NCBI GenBank assembly: GCA_964304625.1
Contig: OZ199839.1
Span: forward strand, 7,413,979-7,477,978
Direction of reading: 5' to 3'
DNA from: Kudoa neothunni
Lineage: Eukaryota > Animalia > Cnidaria
DNA length: 64,000 nt
Of the stretch, positions 39,261 to 51,568 are shown piece after piece; the stretch's first letter is position 1; each line of letters opens with the position of its first letter. The position numbers and the translations under genes were made by a program. Under the pieces are notes generated by a model, which made no database searches, was not told where the DNA came from, and saw only the letters and a program-made list of their open reading frames with translations.

Positions 39261-41689
39261 TTAAGTGAAACTCGTGGTAATCCAACCGGCATTAAACAAG
39301 ACTTTTGTGAATACTGGGCTCATAAACTGAAAATAAATAATCAAGATGGAAAATTAGTCAGTATTTCATTATGTTGAATCAAAAACAAGGGACTCACGAA
39401 TATAAATTAGACAAGATTGGAATGAAAGCCATTCCAATTCTATACTGGGTAAAGACCATATTAAATGTTATTATTTAATTTTATACAATTAGTCATTGCT
39501 TTAAGTATTGTTTTTATGATACTCATAGTTTAATAATAATCAATATCAATAACCGAAATATTGATTTAAAAATACGCCACACTGCCCGAATATCTCACCA
39601 TTATCCATATCACATCAATGCTCAGGATTTTACACGCCCCACCAGAGCCGTACATTAAAAGCTCAAAAATTTCCATGCCCGCCAAAATTTTTCCACGCCC
39701 CTGATCAGGAAACATTCTTATAGACTTTGTCATTACTGATATCGGTTGCCGTTGAAGTTAATTTTTAAATAATGATTTACCCTGTTCACCGAAAATCATA
39801 CGCGCAGTCTTGTTCGACCAAGGATCAAAATATAGGTTTTGTAAAAAGTTTGAAGGCCAATTTCAAGAAAGTTGTTTAAAAATCATTTCTTTTTAGATAA
39901 AAATAGTCTATATATGTTTAAATCTATAACATAAAATTGTTTTAATGTATCGACAGAGATTAAAACATCAATTTTTAATAACTGCCCTCCAAAAATCATA
40001 TATATTTATTCCCAAAGTTTTACTTATTCATATTACTTATTATAACGTACTTATGGTCTGATTCTATTTATATAATGTAACCGACGGTGTTGAGAACTGG
40101 AAAACATGGAAACAATTTGCAACAAGAAACCAGTCTATCACAATATAATTCGTCGTTTTTTAGCCCTAACTTATTATCAGTATATTTCTATTTCACGAAT
40201 GCTTTAAATGCACCTAACTAAAATAAATTTCATGTTCAAACAAGGATACGGTTAAATATTACGGGGAATAAACCTTCAGGCTTCGTTTCGTGTTTTCGAA
40301 ATTTGTTTTAAAAATGTTGGTTTAACATAGATCTCATACAAAATAATAAAATACAACATATAAGCAATCAATATGCATTCATAATCAATTAAAACCCATT
40401 TTTGGAAGAAAATTCAGTTGGTGAACATTGTTGATAATGGATTAGTTTTTAGGGCGCTTGAAGAAAAATTTGTTTATTGTTTATTATTACTCTTATTTTG
40501 TTATAGTAATGTCTTCCCTCCATTTATTGTTGAAAGTAAAAATTTAATTTAATTTAAATTATTGTGGTACTGTCTCACGTTTTAAATTGATTCAAGCTAA
40601 AAAGTAGGAACATTACATGATGTGACCATACAATTCTCTATAATCCAGAGACAAACGAAAAGTAATGACCAATTTTTTTTTCAATTTGGGGTCAACCTCC
40701 TTTTAATTGTAACTAAAATATGCATATACGCACTAATTTGAAACAAATACCTTTTATTTGTTCTATTCTCATATAACAAGAGCCGAATAAAGGTTTGGAG
40801 CTTGATCAAATTTTTTCAGTTATCCAGACATAAAAGATACGTTGCATGATATATAGATAAAATAATTGTTTATACACTTTATTCTATTGTTTTATTTTGT
40901 CTGAAGTTTAAATGATCAAAAATAAAATTTAAATGAAAATACTATTTTCATTAGCTAAAAGTATTGGACTCCATCAAGACTCATCCTTCAAAGATTTAAC
41001 TTCCGCATAAGGTTAAATATATAGATATGAGAATTAAACAAAAACAGGTTGTCTATATATTTTGTAGAACCTATAGTTAGTTACTAAACAGTACAACAAC
41101 CAGGATTGATTATTTTTAGTTGGGGTTTTTCTATTGATTTGACCGGATTTTCCAACCTCGTGTTTAATCATAAATTAAAGTTTTTTAGCTTCAAAAAATT
41201 CCTAGCCATTATCATTTGAGATTTTGTGCGACGTCTTTGGAGGATTAAAACCACAAGAGTGAATTTCCTACATGCGGGAATTAATCAAAAAATATGTCTT
41301 TACTAAATGAGATTTGAATTTAAACTCTTCAATGCTATATAAATAATTTCGTTACATGAAGAATTTTATTGTATTTTAAAAAAGAATGATCATTGTATCA
41401 ATATTTTTACTCAACGTTTAGAATTAAAAATTGGAAGAAATTATTTAATAAATGGTAAATGCTTAAAAAAATAAATATTTAATTTTTATTTAAATTCGAA
41501 ACACCACCAATATCTATAAATATTAGAGTAATAAGGTTGACAGCTCCAAAAAATTAATTTTAAATAACACGTTAACAAAACCTCAGACTTGAAATTGAAA
41601 CCTATTTAAAGAAGTTTGTTGTTGAAAATTTTATATTATTAACAGAAAAACATCAATGATAATATCTGTCAATTTCTTCATTATTAACA

Positions 41690-42265
41690 CAGTAGAACCT
41701 GGATTATCCGGAAATCGCGCTATCTGGAAGAACTATTTAATTATATTTCTAGATAAAAGTACCACCCATAATCGTACGACATATACAATGTAACGTATAT
41801 AACAATGCGATATTTAAAAAAAAAATATTTCTAGGTTATTTATTAATAAATTTCTCTTTTAAAAGTTAAATTAAGCATTCAATTCTTAAATAAATTTGTG
41901 CTATATCAGAACACATGCCTGTGTGTATAATAAATAAACATTAATTATTGATTATTTAAGGAAGTAGGTAGATCCTCTGTAGACGTGTAAGAACTGCCAT
42001 AATTATATATGTTCTTCTTTTAAGTCTCCATATTCTTAGTTAATAGATATATCAACATTTTTAATTTTAATGGCAGGAGTTAAAATAATTTACCTAATAC
42101 ATAGTGAAAATTGTTTATAAATCATGTAAACAACCCTTTAAGCAAAAATTTCAAATAAATCCTCGCCCACTGAATTGTTTATTTTCAATTAACCGGAACC
42201 TCACTATCTGTAAAAAAATCGCTGGTCCCAAGTCCAAAATTTTCCGGATAATTGAGGTTCGACTG
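41690..42265. mobile_element. pogo/Tigger-type MITE
   Basis: TIR CAGTAGAACCTGGATTATCCGGAAA vs CAGTCGAACCTCAATTATCCGGAAA (22/25); TA on the right, CA on the left. Confidence 0.8.
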
Positions 42266-42597
42266 TATTAGTAAATTAAAAATTTACTAAACCCAAGCCC
42301 CTATTTTTATTTTTTGTAGTAAATATATTATTTGAATGCAGATTTAATTCAGAAAAACGACAACAAAATAAACAAAATAAACAAAATGACAATAAAAATA
42401 TTTTTATATTGAACAATACAATTTTATTTGTGGGTTTTAAACGAATTTCAACAATGAAAGTTAATCGGACGTGAAAAAATAAATAATTTAATAAAAAATG
42501 TTCTACAACAAAAAGTTGTCTCCTAAAATCGCATTTTTTATACATATTCGTAAAGAGCAACAGATCCGACATGTAATTTTGCGATAGCATTAGAGAT

Positions 42598-44761
42598 CTA
42601 ATAATAATCATCATCGTCCTCGTTTTGTTCATCATGGATATCTGAAGCATCTGAACTTCCTGTGCTTGTTTTACTGGTTCCATCGTCAATAACATATTTA
42701 TTTGTTATTTCAATATTTTTCGTGGTATATTGGATATTTTTGTGTAGAGTTTTCATTTTAAGTGCTTCAGATACTGACGAATGTTTAGCAGTTGGTCGTT
42801 TGGTAGTGGTGGTGTCCTCAAGTTTTTTGGTCTTTTCATTTATTTTTCGTAATGTGGCTTTTGATGCTTTATTTTGTTTCTAACAGAAAATATATGGTTT
42901 TAAAAACAGGTTATGTGAGATTACTTTTTTATTTTGCATGAGGAGCTCTGCGACGGCCCCAAATCTGGTGTTACCACCTGAAGAAGATTGTAGCATACTT
43001 TGAGGCATATCAGTCTCTCGAACTTTCAAAATTTCACTCTTTTTAAGGTTGGAATCAAACAAATTGAAGCTGGCAATATTCTAAAATTTTTTATTTGCAA
43101 TTAGACTGATATATGTATAATATATCACTTGATTTGAACGGGTAGACCTCAGCGTGGCATGGTTTTGAGTAAAGCCACGTTTAACGTGAGGTTGAGAATT
43201 ATTTTGAAGACCGTTTGATTGATCTCTATCATGTTCCAAATCACTCATTTTATCCTCTACAACATTTTTCTTAAGGAGGGTACGCGCCTTGAGCCAATTT
43301 TTAGAGGATTTTTTCTCAACAAGTCTTCCTTCAATAGGATTTGATGAATTGCTAACATTTCTGGCCATTTCTAATGTAGGAATTGGTGCTAACGATGCAC
43401 TTGTGTTGCCATTCAGGTTTGTAGGTACTATGTTTGTGATTGTTTTGTTTTCAGTTGGGGGTTCCTTATTATCGTGGAATATACCTTCTTTGGCGTCATT
43501 AGAGGAAACGATTGCATTTGATTTAATTTCTCCATCTCCCCTAGTTTGTTTTGTCCGGATATGTTCTGATTCGTCATCAGTTAGATCATTTTGGTTACCT
43601 AGTCCGTAGGCATCTTTCTCATCATCCTAAAAAAGTATCAATTAAAAATAAATGCATTTTCATAAAGTTGTTACGTTGCAGCTGAGCGATAATAAACCAG
43701 CTAACACGATTCCACATATATTCTAAATTGTAAGTTAGAATGAATATAAAATTAATTCGGAATACTTGCAAAATCAATAAAATAATGGATGTGACGACTA
43801 ATTTGCGCTGTTTATTATCAGCTATAGGCGAAACGACCCAGAACAACAATATAATTGGGGCTGCCGTGAACGTCATGATGGTTAAAGTAAATATTAAACG
43901 TTTTCTAAATTTTTAAATGAAAAATGTAACCGAATAGTGAACAATGAGAAAATCGTTTATTTACTTAATATATGCACATATACGCTCCTTCACATCTAAC
44001 GCCTGTTTTTTCAACAATAACAAACAACCTATCATTAAACTGATGAGGGCCTAAAATTAAATTTCAGTTTAACGAAACTCATCACTCACAATTACTATCG
44101 AAATTAACACAAGTGTTGTGATGAAAGCGATATTGTATATGCAACTTACCTCACAAGCCCCTCTATAATAATATTGAATTATCTTCGATTCTCGTAATAA
44201 TAAAAAATACTTTGAGGTCTCTTTCGTAAAAATTTTGAAAAGAAGTTTTTCAGAACCGAACGCATTAAAAGACAAGGTAAGAACTGTTGCTAAGATAAAA
44301 GCAAACAATATTATTAAACATTTCGTTATTCTTTTCCGAGATCTCAGTATATTTGGCTTCAAATAGAAAATTGTTGTTATTAAGTCCCCCAATATAAGCA
44401 AGAAAATCGTCATGATAGCGTGCTGAATTAGAATGATGACTGTGTTACATATAGTCTAAGAAAATTAATCACTCAAATTGCTATATTCAATCATGAATTC
44501 ATACCATAACTCCATTCAATGGTAGTATATAAAGAAGATTTAATAACACAGCCCACCAAAACGACATTATAACCAAATAGAATGGATTGATTAAAGTAAG
44601 TTGGTAGAACCTTTTCATATATGTGAGATAAAAACCGAAAAATATAATATAAAATACTTTAAAAACCATTTAAGATATCCTAAAACAAGGGCGGAGATAA
44701 ATCCCACTCCAATACAAATTAAAGCTAAAATAGACTCTGCTTTCCACGGTGTAGTCGTCAT
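42598..44761 (-). CDS. Seven-transmembrane receptor-like protein, probably class C (GABA-B/GPR156-like), with long low-complexity C-tail
   Basis: Hand-spliced model gives seven hydrophobic segments: ILALICIGVGFISALVLGYL; INPFYLVIMSFWWAVLLNLLYIL; ICNTVIIL..(TM3 Cys); CLIILFAFILATVL; YYYRGACEALISLMIGCLLLL; LIFTLTIMTFTAAPIILLFWV; LVVTSIILLILQVF. These are followed by Ser/Thr/acidic exons ending EDDDDYY*. Confidence 0.65.
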
Positions 44762-47523
44762 TGGTCACTAAATTGTTGCTATAAGTTTTTCAATTTATAA
44801 TATTATCTCAAAAAGTTGAAAAATTACCTTGGATAAAAATGCAAACGTTTTGATGTGAAGGATTCTATTGTGCCTATTGAGACCGTACAACATATACATA
44901 ACGAATAACTTCAATTTACATTGAATTCGTTTAATCTTAATCTGTCATATTCAAGTGGCTTCATTGACATTCCATTATCAGCCAATAAAATTTTTTAAAT
45001 ATAATATTGTAATGAACTTGGAGAAGACAGTATTTTTGCGAAGTTAATCACTTAACCTCGAATATAATTCTGTTAGAGGAATTTACTTTTTAAATACAAT
45101 ATTAATAATATTTCCATAATCTTGGCTGCACGCAGATATAATTTTTATATCTGTGTTGAATAATTGATACCTAAACGTGTAATTCTCGGAAATTATTTAT
45201 GATAGTCATTGAGTTGAGTCGACTTTTTGTTTTGCACGTGTATGAATTGAACTGTCTGCATTATATATCATCGTTTCCATTTTTAATTATTAAATAAAAA
45301 ATTGGCGAAAAAATAATTATTAACAAAAACAATGATAAGCGGTTCTTTTATTTATAATTCCAATTAAATGAGAAAAATTTTTAATTTATATTTATAAACA
45401 TTATTCAAATTGGATGTATTAAATGAGTTTATCTAATACCTCTAAATAATGAAAATATTAAATATATATTTATTATTTTTCTTATGTTTTAAAATATTTT
45501 TAATATTTTAATCAATTCTTAGTGGAATTGATGTTTATATATTATTTTTATTAATTCAATCAGCAAACGTAGGAAATTTTTTATTTTAATTACATATTTA
45601 AGAGGATTAATTTTTTATACAGCTTTTAGCTCTTTTGAACATAGTTGTCATCAAATAATTGAAAACTTAATACAAACGACATAATTTCATTCAGAGAAGC
45701 CTGGATGTCTCTTTCGCCCTTATTATTTGTTAAGGTACTGACAATTGCAGCGGATGGGAATATCTACTAAAATAATTCTCGTATCAAAATTTTAATTTCA
45801 TAAATACATATAACAAAAATGAACTATTATGAAATAAATTTTCAAAAGGAAATAAATTAGCCAATTATGCATACATTAAGCTGTAAATTTCCTCAAGAAT
45901 ATATAATTAAGTTAGATTCTATGTAACCTTGAATATAAATATCGTAATTTTTATAAGAAATTATGAGGGACGGTGTATTTGTTAGAGAGTGCACTCAGGC
46001 TATAAATACCCTAATGCGCTTTCATGTATGTCTACTCTCTCATCTGTTTTTAATCAAATATAGGTGAACAACAATAAATAATACTTCTATTAATTTATTT
46101 TAAAAACTAATATAACTGTTTTTAAGATCAAATAATTGTGATTTTTAACTTGTTTTCCTGTTCCATAAAAATGAAAAGGAAATTATTATACAATGGATAT
46201 ATATATATATATATATTTCGTAGAATATTTTATTGTTTGTATCCTTTACATAAATTTAACTTGCTCATCCTCGCGTTTTAGGTAATCTAGTGTTTGCTAG
46301 ATCAGAACCTTTAGGTCGCCCTGCTGTTCTTATTTTAGAGAGGAATTTTAAATCTACATAAAATTAATAGAAAATTTGATATGATTATTTAACTATTAAA
46401 ATTATCATCAATTTTGCGCTCATCAATCTGTTGGTCACTTTTATATTCTACAAGTGTTAAGACGAGTCATTAGTAAGCAACTTAGTTGAGCATGCTTCAG
46501 AAATTTCATTCATTCATTTCTGTATTTTCATTTGCTTAAAGCTTGGTATCTAGTATTTATTTGAGCACATTATACTCATATTTACACCATTTCTATTTCC
46601 ATTTTTCTTGATATTTGATACCTGGTTATAAAATTTCGAATTATTCTCGTTGATTTCACTCTGTACTTAAAGTTAATTACATCGTTTTAAATGAAAATTT
46701 TATATCAATATTTAGTAATTATTCTAGTTCTAAAAATTACCATCTCTAATATAGCTTAAATTCTCTTGATAACAATTATTGAACTACTAAGGATCAATTC
46801 ACTGCAATATTCTTCAGACGCTGACGTATATTGGTTTGAATACCTTAGGCATATCATAAGTGTTTTAATTTTTCATTGAGGATTTCTTGTACTTGTACAT
46901 TTTGCCTAGATTTAGCATCATTACTAGATGAAAAATTATCCTGTATATAATCGCTGGTGGGAAATATTTTTATGAAAGTAAATTAGATAATAATGTTTCA
47001 CATGATTGACATTAATATTAAGGGAATAAATGGTGATATTTGTCGATAAAGCCCATAATAAAAATTATAACGACCATTTAAATGTAAAATTAATTATTTT
47101 AATTGAAATTATATCGTAAAACAGTTTATTTACAATCACTGTTGCAAACGAACCATGTTAACACCACCTCACGTGTTCTTAATTTACATATCGTATATAT
47201 CGATACTTCTTGTTGTATAAAATCAACATAACAAAGATTTGATAATCACTTATACATTAACTTAAATATGAGTTTATTGAAGACGAATATTAAACAATAT
47301 CTGCATATTTGGCTAATTTATAAGAAAAACGTCAACAAATTTATTTCATAATAGTTCATTTATTTTTATAAGTATTTTTGAAATTATAATTTTGATACAA
47401 GCGTTATTTTAGTAGATATTCCCATCCGTTGTAATAGCCATTGCCATTTGTTAAAGTTTTCTCTTTTTACTGATGAGATCGCATTACTAATAGCACAAAA
47501 TGCATATAAATTGATTAAATTAA

Positions 47524-49588
47524 CTTTCTAAGTAAAATGAGGAAGAAACCTACCCTACTTTTTTTATCAAATAATTTAATATATATAAGAATAATTAAAG
47601 AACAAATTTCAGCGAATTCTATAGAGTAAATTTACAAAAAATGAGTAAATATTCTGCTAAATTTCCGACTGTACTTACGCTACGATAATCGATAATATGT
47701 CTTCTTCCAGTGAATACAGCGATAGCTACATGGATTTTTATGGTTCTGATATCGATTGTTTACATATTGATGAGTTTTCATCGGATAGTTTCGATTTAGA
47801 TATCAGCGTATTAGGAGAGTCCCTCATTGACAAATATGGTCATTTATGGATGGTCGTCAAACCTGTACCATCCAGAACGAGTGCCGGAGATATAATGAAT
47901 ATTCGTTCTGGTGTTTCTTCATTTTCATCGAATAATTTGAACAATATGATTGACACACTTAGATTATTTATCAGCCAGAAGATGTATGATATTATCCTCA
48001 GTTTTACAAATAAATTTGAGGAAAATCATTTTCAAAGTAATTGGAAAACCCTAGATCAACCTGAATTAGATGGCATTATTGGATGCATGTTACTCATGGG
48101 AATCCATAAAGATAGAAAGGAACCGATATCAGAGTTGTTTGGGGTCAGTGAGAGAGAGGTTTACAGGGGTCTGTTTTCATTAAATAGATTCGGACAGATT
48201 ACTAGAGCTCTTCATTTTGATGATAGAGACAATAGAGAAAACAGAAAAAAAGATGAAAAATTTTGTCATATACATGATCTCTGGAATCATTAATCATTGG
48301 GTTGATTTATTGCCTCGCTTTTTCCGTCCGTATGAAATTGTTTGTATAGACGAACAACTAGTATCGTTTAGAGGTCGTTGTCCTTTTAGACAGTATATGC
48401 GTAGTAAACCTTCAAAATACGGTATAAAATTTTTTCTATTGGTTGATCCCACGTCAACATACGTTTACATCTTCGATGTTTACTTGGGAAAACAAAAACA
48501 ATGTGACCAGGCTATAAACGTTTGAAAGAATACGGTTTTAAAATTAATGGAATCACTCAGAGATTCAGGACGAAACTTAGTCTGAGATAATTTTTTCGCA
48601 TCTGTTGGATTAGCAGACGAACTTCTGACCAAGGAACTATCGTTGATTGGCACGCTTCGGTCGAATAAGGGGGATATTCCGCCGTTTTTGCACCCTAAAA
48701 AGGATTCTCCTATTAATTCTACTCTTATTGTATTTCATGGCAAGAAAATGAAATTACGGTATTTAATTAAAATAACCTTTCTATCTTCTTTGTACATCTT
48801 CTTCAAATACTCAAACGTCATCTGGAGATCCGTTTAAACTGGATATCATCGTACATTAAAACAAAGTTAAAGGAGATGTTGACACAATCGCAAGGTTGTT
48901 AGCATCAGAAGATTTCCCCGTGGATGGTCACTCATTTTCTTTAATACGATAGATATTTTCCTCATTAATGCATTCTCTATTTGTAAAGAATTATTCAAGG
49001 TGCCCAGTCTAAGCAGAAGAGAATTTCTGAAGTCGATGACGCATCAGTTGGTTGAATCTTTGGTTTCAAGAAAAAGGGAGAATACACCAACTTGGAATTT
49101 TCATTTTACCCATACCGAAGTGACAATAGAAGTAGCTCCATTAAAAGATGTGAGCTATGTGACAGAAAAGTTTTATTAAAATGTTCAGTTTGTTCAGGTC
49201 TGTGTTATAAAGATCATTCGAAAAATATTTGTGATAAACGCCTTAACAAATGATTGATTTTGTCGGTTTGTTATTTTATTCTTGATTGCGTATTATAATA
49301 CATTAACTTGCATAGATATATTCTTCAATACTATATAGGTTATTTTTAGGTCACTCACTCACTCATTTATTAAATAAATATTAATAAAACATATAAATTA
49401 GGTTATATTGCAATAAAACTAAATATAACGCAATTCTCGTGCATGCACACTTGATTTATACCACTGTGTATTTATTCATTTTTTCTAAAATCATTTTTGC
49501 ACATATTGAATCTTTTTATCAAAAAACGCGAGGTAGATTTCTATCCCATTTTACCCGGAGGGTGTAAATTTTTGAGTGACTTGGAAGG
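47524..49588 (+). mobile_element. Near full-length degenerate piggyBac transposon
   Basis: TTAA at 47520-47523 and 49589-49592; ends CTTTCTAAGT / ACTTGGAAGG; a subterminal inverted copy of the left end at about 49530-49560. Confidence 0.8.
47697..49253 (+). pseudogene. piggyBac transposase pseudogene (PGBD4-like)
   Basis: Acidic N-terminus, LHFDD, CIDEQLVSFRGRCPFRQYMRSKPSKYGIKF, DNFF (preceded by a stop), GTLRSNK and a C-terminal Cys-rich remnant. Several stops and frameshifts. Confidence 0.9.
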
Positions 49589-50778
49589 TTAAACGACCTT
49601 GACAGGAAATACAATAATTGTCACATTTTTCAAATCATAAGATTTAATAATTTTGAAGTGTTGTTGATCAATATTAGTAGATCCTGTAATAAAGCTGATG
49701 ATACAATTCGAATTAGAATCAATCTCCAAAACGAAAATTCCTCCAGATTTGACCCCATACTTTTGAGATCATAGTGTATGTATAGTGATTTGGAGTATCA
49801 GCCACGATAATGCACCTATATATTAATGAATGTATTAGATTTGGAAATAGAACAGCGAAAAATCTATTTAGACATAAAAATATATAAAATATTTATTTAT
49901 TATTGGCCGGCTACTAGTCAGTTTTATTGCCGTATCATGAAAGGATATACTTTGGAGGTTATTTTTTATTAGAAACAACCATATATACATTATTGTTGAA
50001 TAGAAATTGAAAAGGTTTTGTCAGCAAATTAACAGAGGATACACTATAATACCACTTAGATAATTCAGTAAAAAATGTGACATCGATAACAATCCTATGC
50101 AATCCCCGCACATACTTTAAGTTGCCGAATTAAGATAATCTATCGAATTAATGCTAATAATTGAAATTCTCCAACTTTCTGAGGTTTATTATTATTATTC
50201 ATATATTAATTAACCCAGCATATTTTTAATATTCGAGTTAAAAGAATATGCAATGAATTTGGATAACAAAGACCGTCAATTTAAGCATGATTAAAATGGG
50301 ATATATTCGGCAGTTGGTCAGTAACTGTAAGAGGAATTGTCCATTCTAAGCTTAAGCCAAATAGTACATTTAAAAAGATGGCTAACTCGATAAATCATTT
50401 GGAGAAAGCCAAACCAAAACTAAACGAAAATAGAATTCAAATAGCTTCAATATATCTTTCAATAATAATCATAATCCATAGCTAAGAGATAATGCAATCC
50501 ATTTGACAAATACTAAAATCAGATAGTAATAGTGTCATTGAAAACGGCAAAAACACGCGTTAATCGTATTCCCTACGTGAGAGTGAGGCGGTTATTTTGG
50601 TAGAAATGAGTTCAACCTGGGAAAACATCTAACACACATTTAAACAAAAATTATATTAACCACTAATCTAGTGACTAATGTGACAACTCACATAAATCCT
50701 CCAATAACAATATTCAAAAAAGTGTGAATAATAAACCTCTCAACAAAATATAAAATTAACTCAAGACGATCATATCCG

Positions 50779-51461
50779 ATGATGTGGCCACTTAAGGCTA
50801 GTACACTGCCCAATGAGACCAAATGGAAATATTTGGAGCTGACCTCAGTCCAATATCCAGTCGATAATCTAATTGGAATGGGATTGGCGATTGTTTCTCA
50901 ACTTCCAGTTTGGATAGTGATTGCGTTGTTGAGTTTTATTGTGTATGGGAAGAAAAAGTATAGAAGAAGATTGTCGATTATTTTGGTGGGGTTGGTTATC
51001 AACGAGGTTATTAATAAGTTGATGAAAAATTATATCAAAGAGCCAAGACCGTACGTTCAAGGTCGCAGCATGAATAGTTATGGCATGCCGTCATCTCACG
51101 CACAATTTATGTCATTTTTCATGATAAACAGTTTGGTGTTGGTGAGAAAGAGTAATAGAAAAATACTATTGAAAATGCTGGATCTATCGTTACTACTTGG
51201 ATCGGTATTTATGGTGTGTTTAAGTAGGTAAGTGGTTTATGGACTGGTCGGATTAAAAATTATATATATATATATATATATATATTTATTTATTTATTTA
51301 GAGCCTATCTCTCGTATCATTCCTATCGTCAGGTGTGTATGGGTTTAATTATTGGAGCACTCAACGGTGTGGTATGGTTGGTGACCAATAGTGTGCTGTT
51401 GGCGTTCATACGTTATACATTTGAGGGTTCGTTCAAACAAAAAATGACCACATATTGGTAA
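50779..51461 (+). CDS. DOLPP1: Dolichyl-diphosphatase (PAP2 family), 2 exons
   Basis: LTSVQYP, NEVINKLMKNYIKEPRP, YGMPSSHAQFM; after intron 51228-51301, SRAYLSYH..QV..G. Stop at 51459-51461 overlaps an AATAAA. Confidence 0.9.
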
Positions 51462-51568
51462 TAAAAAATGAAAAAACTTTTCCATTGTTTATAATGGATA
51501 ACAAAAATCATATTTATATTAAACATAGTTTTGTATGTTTTGTAATAGTGTGGACTTTTTTCTGGGTT

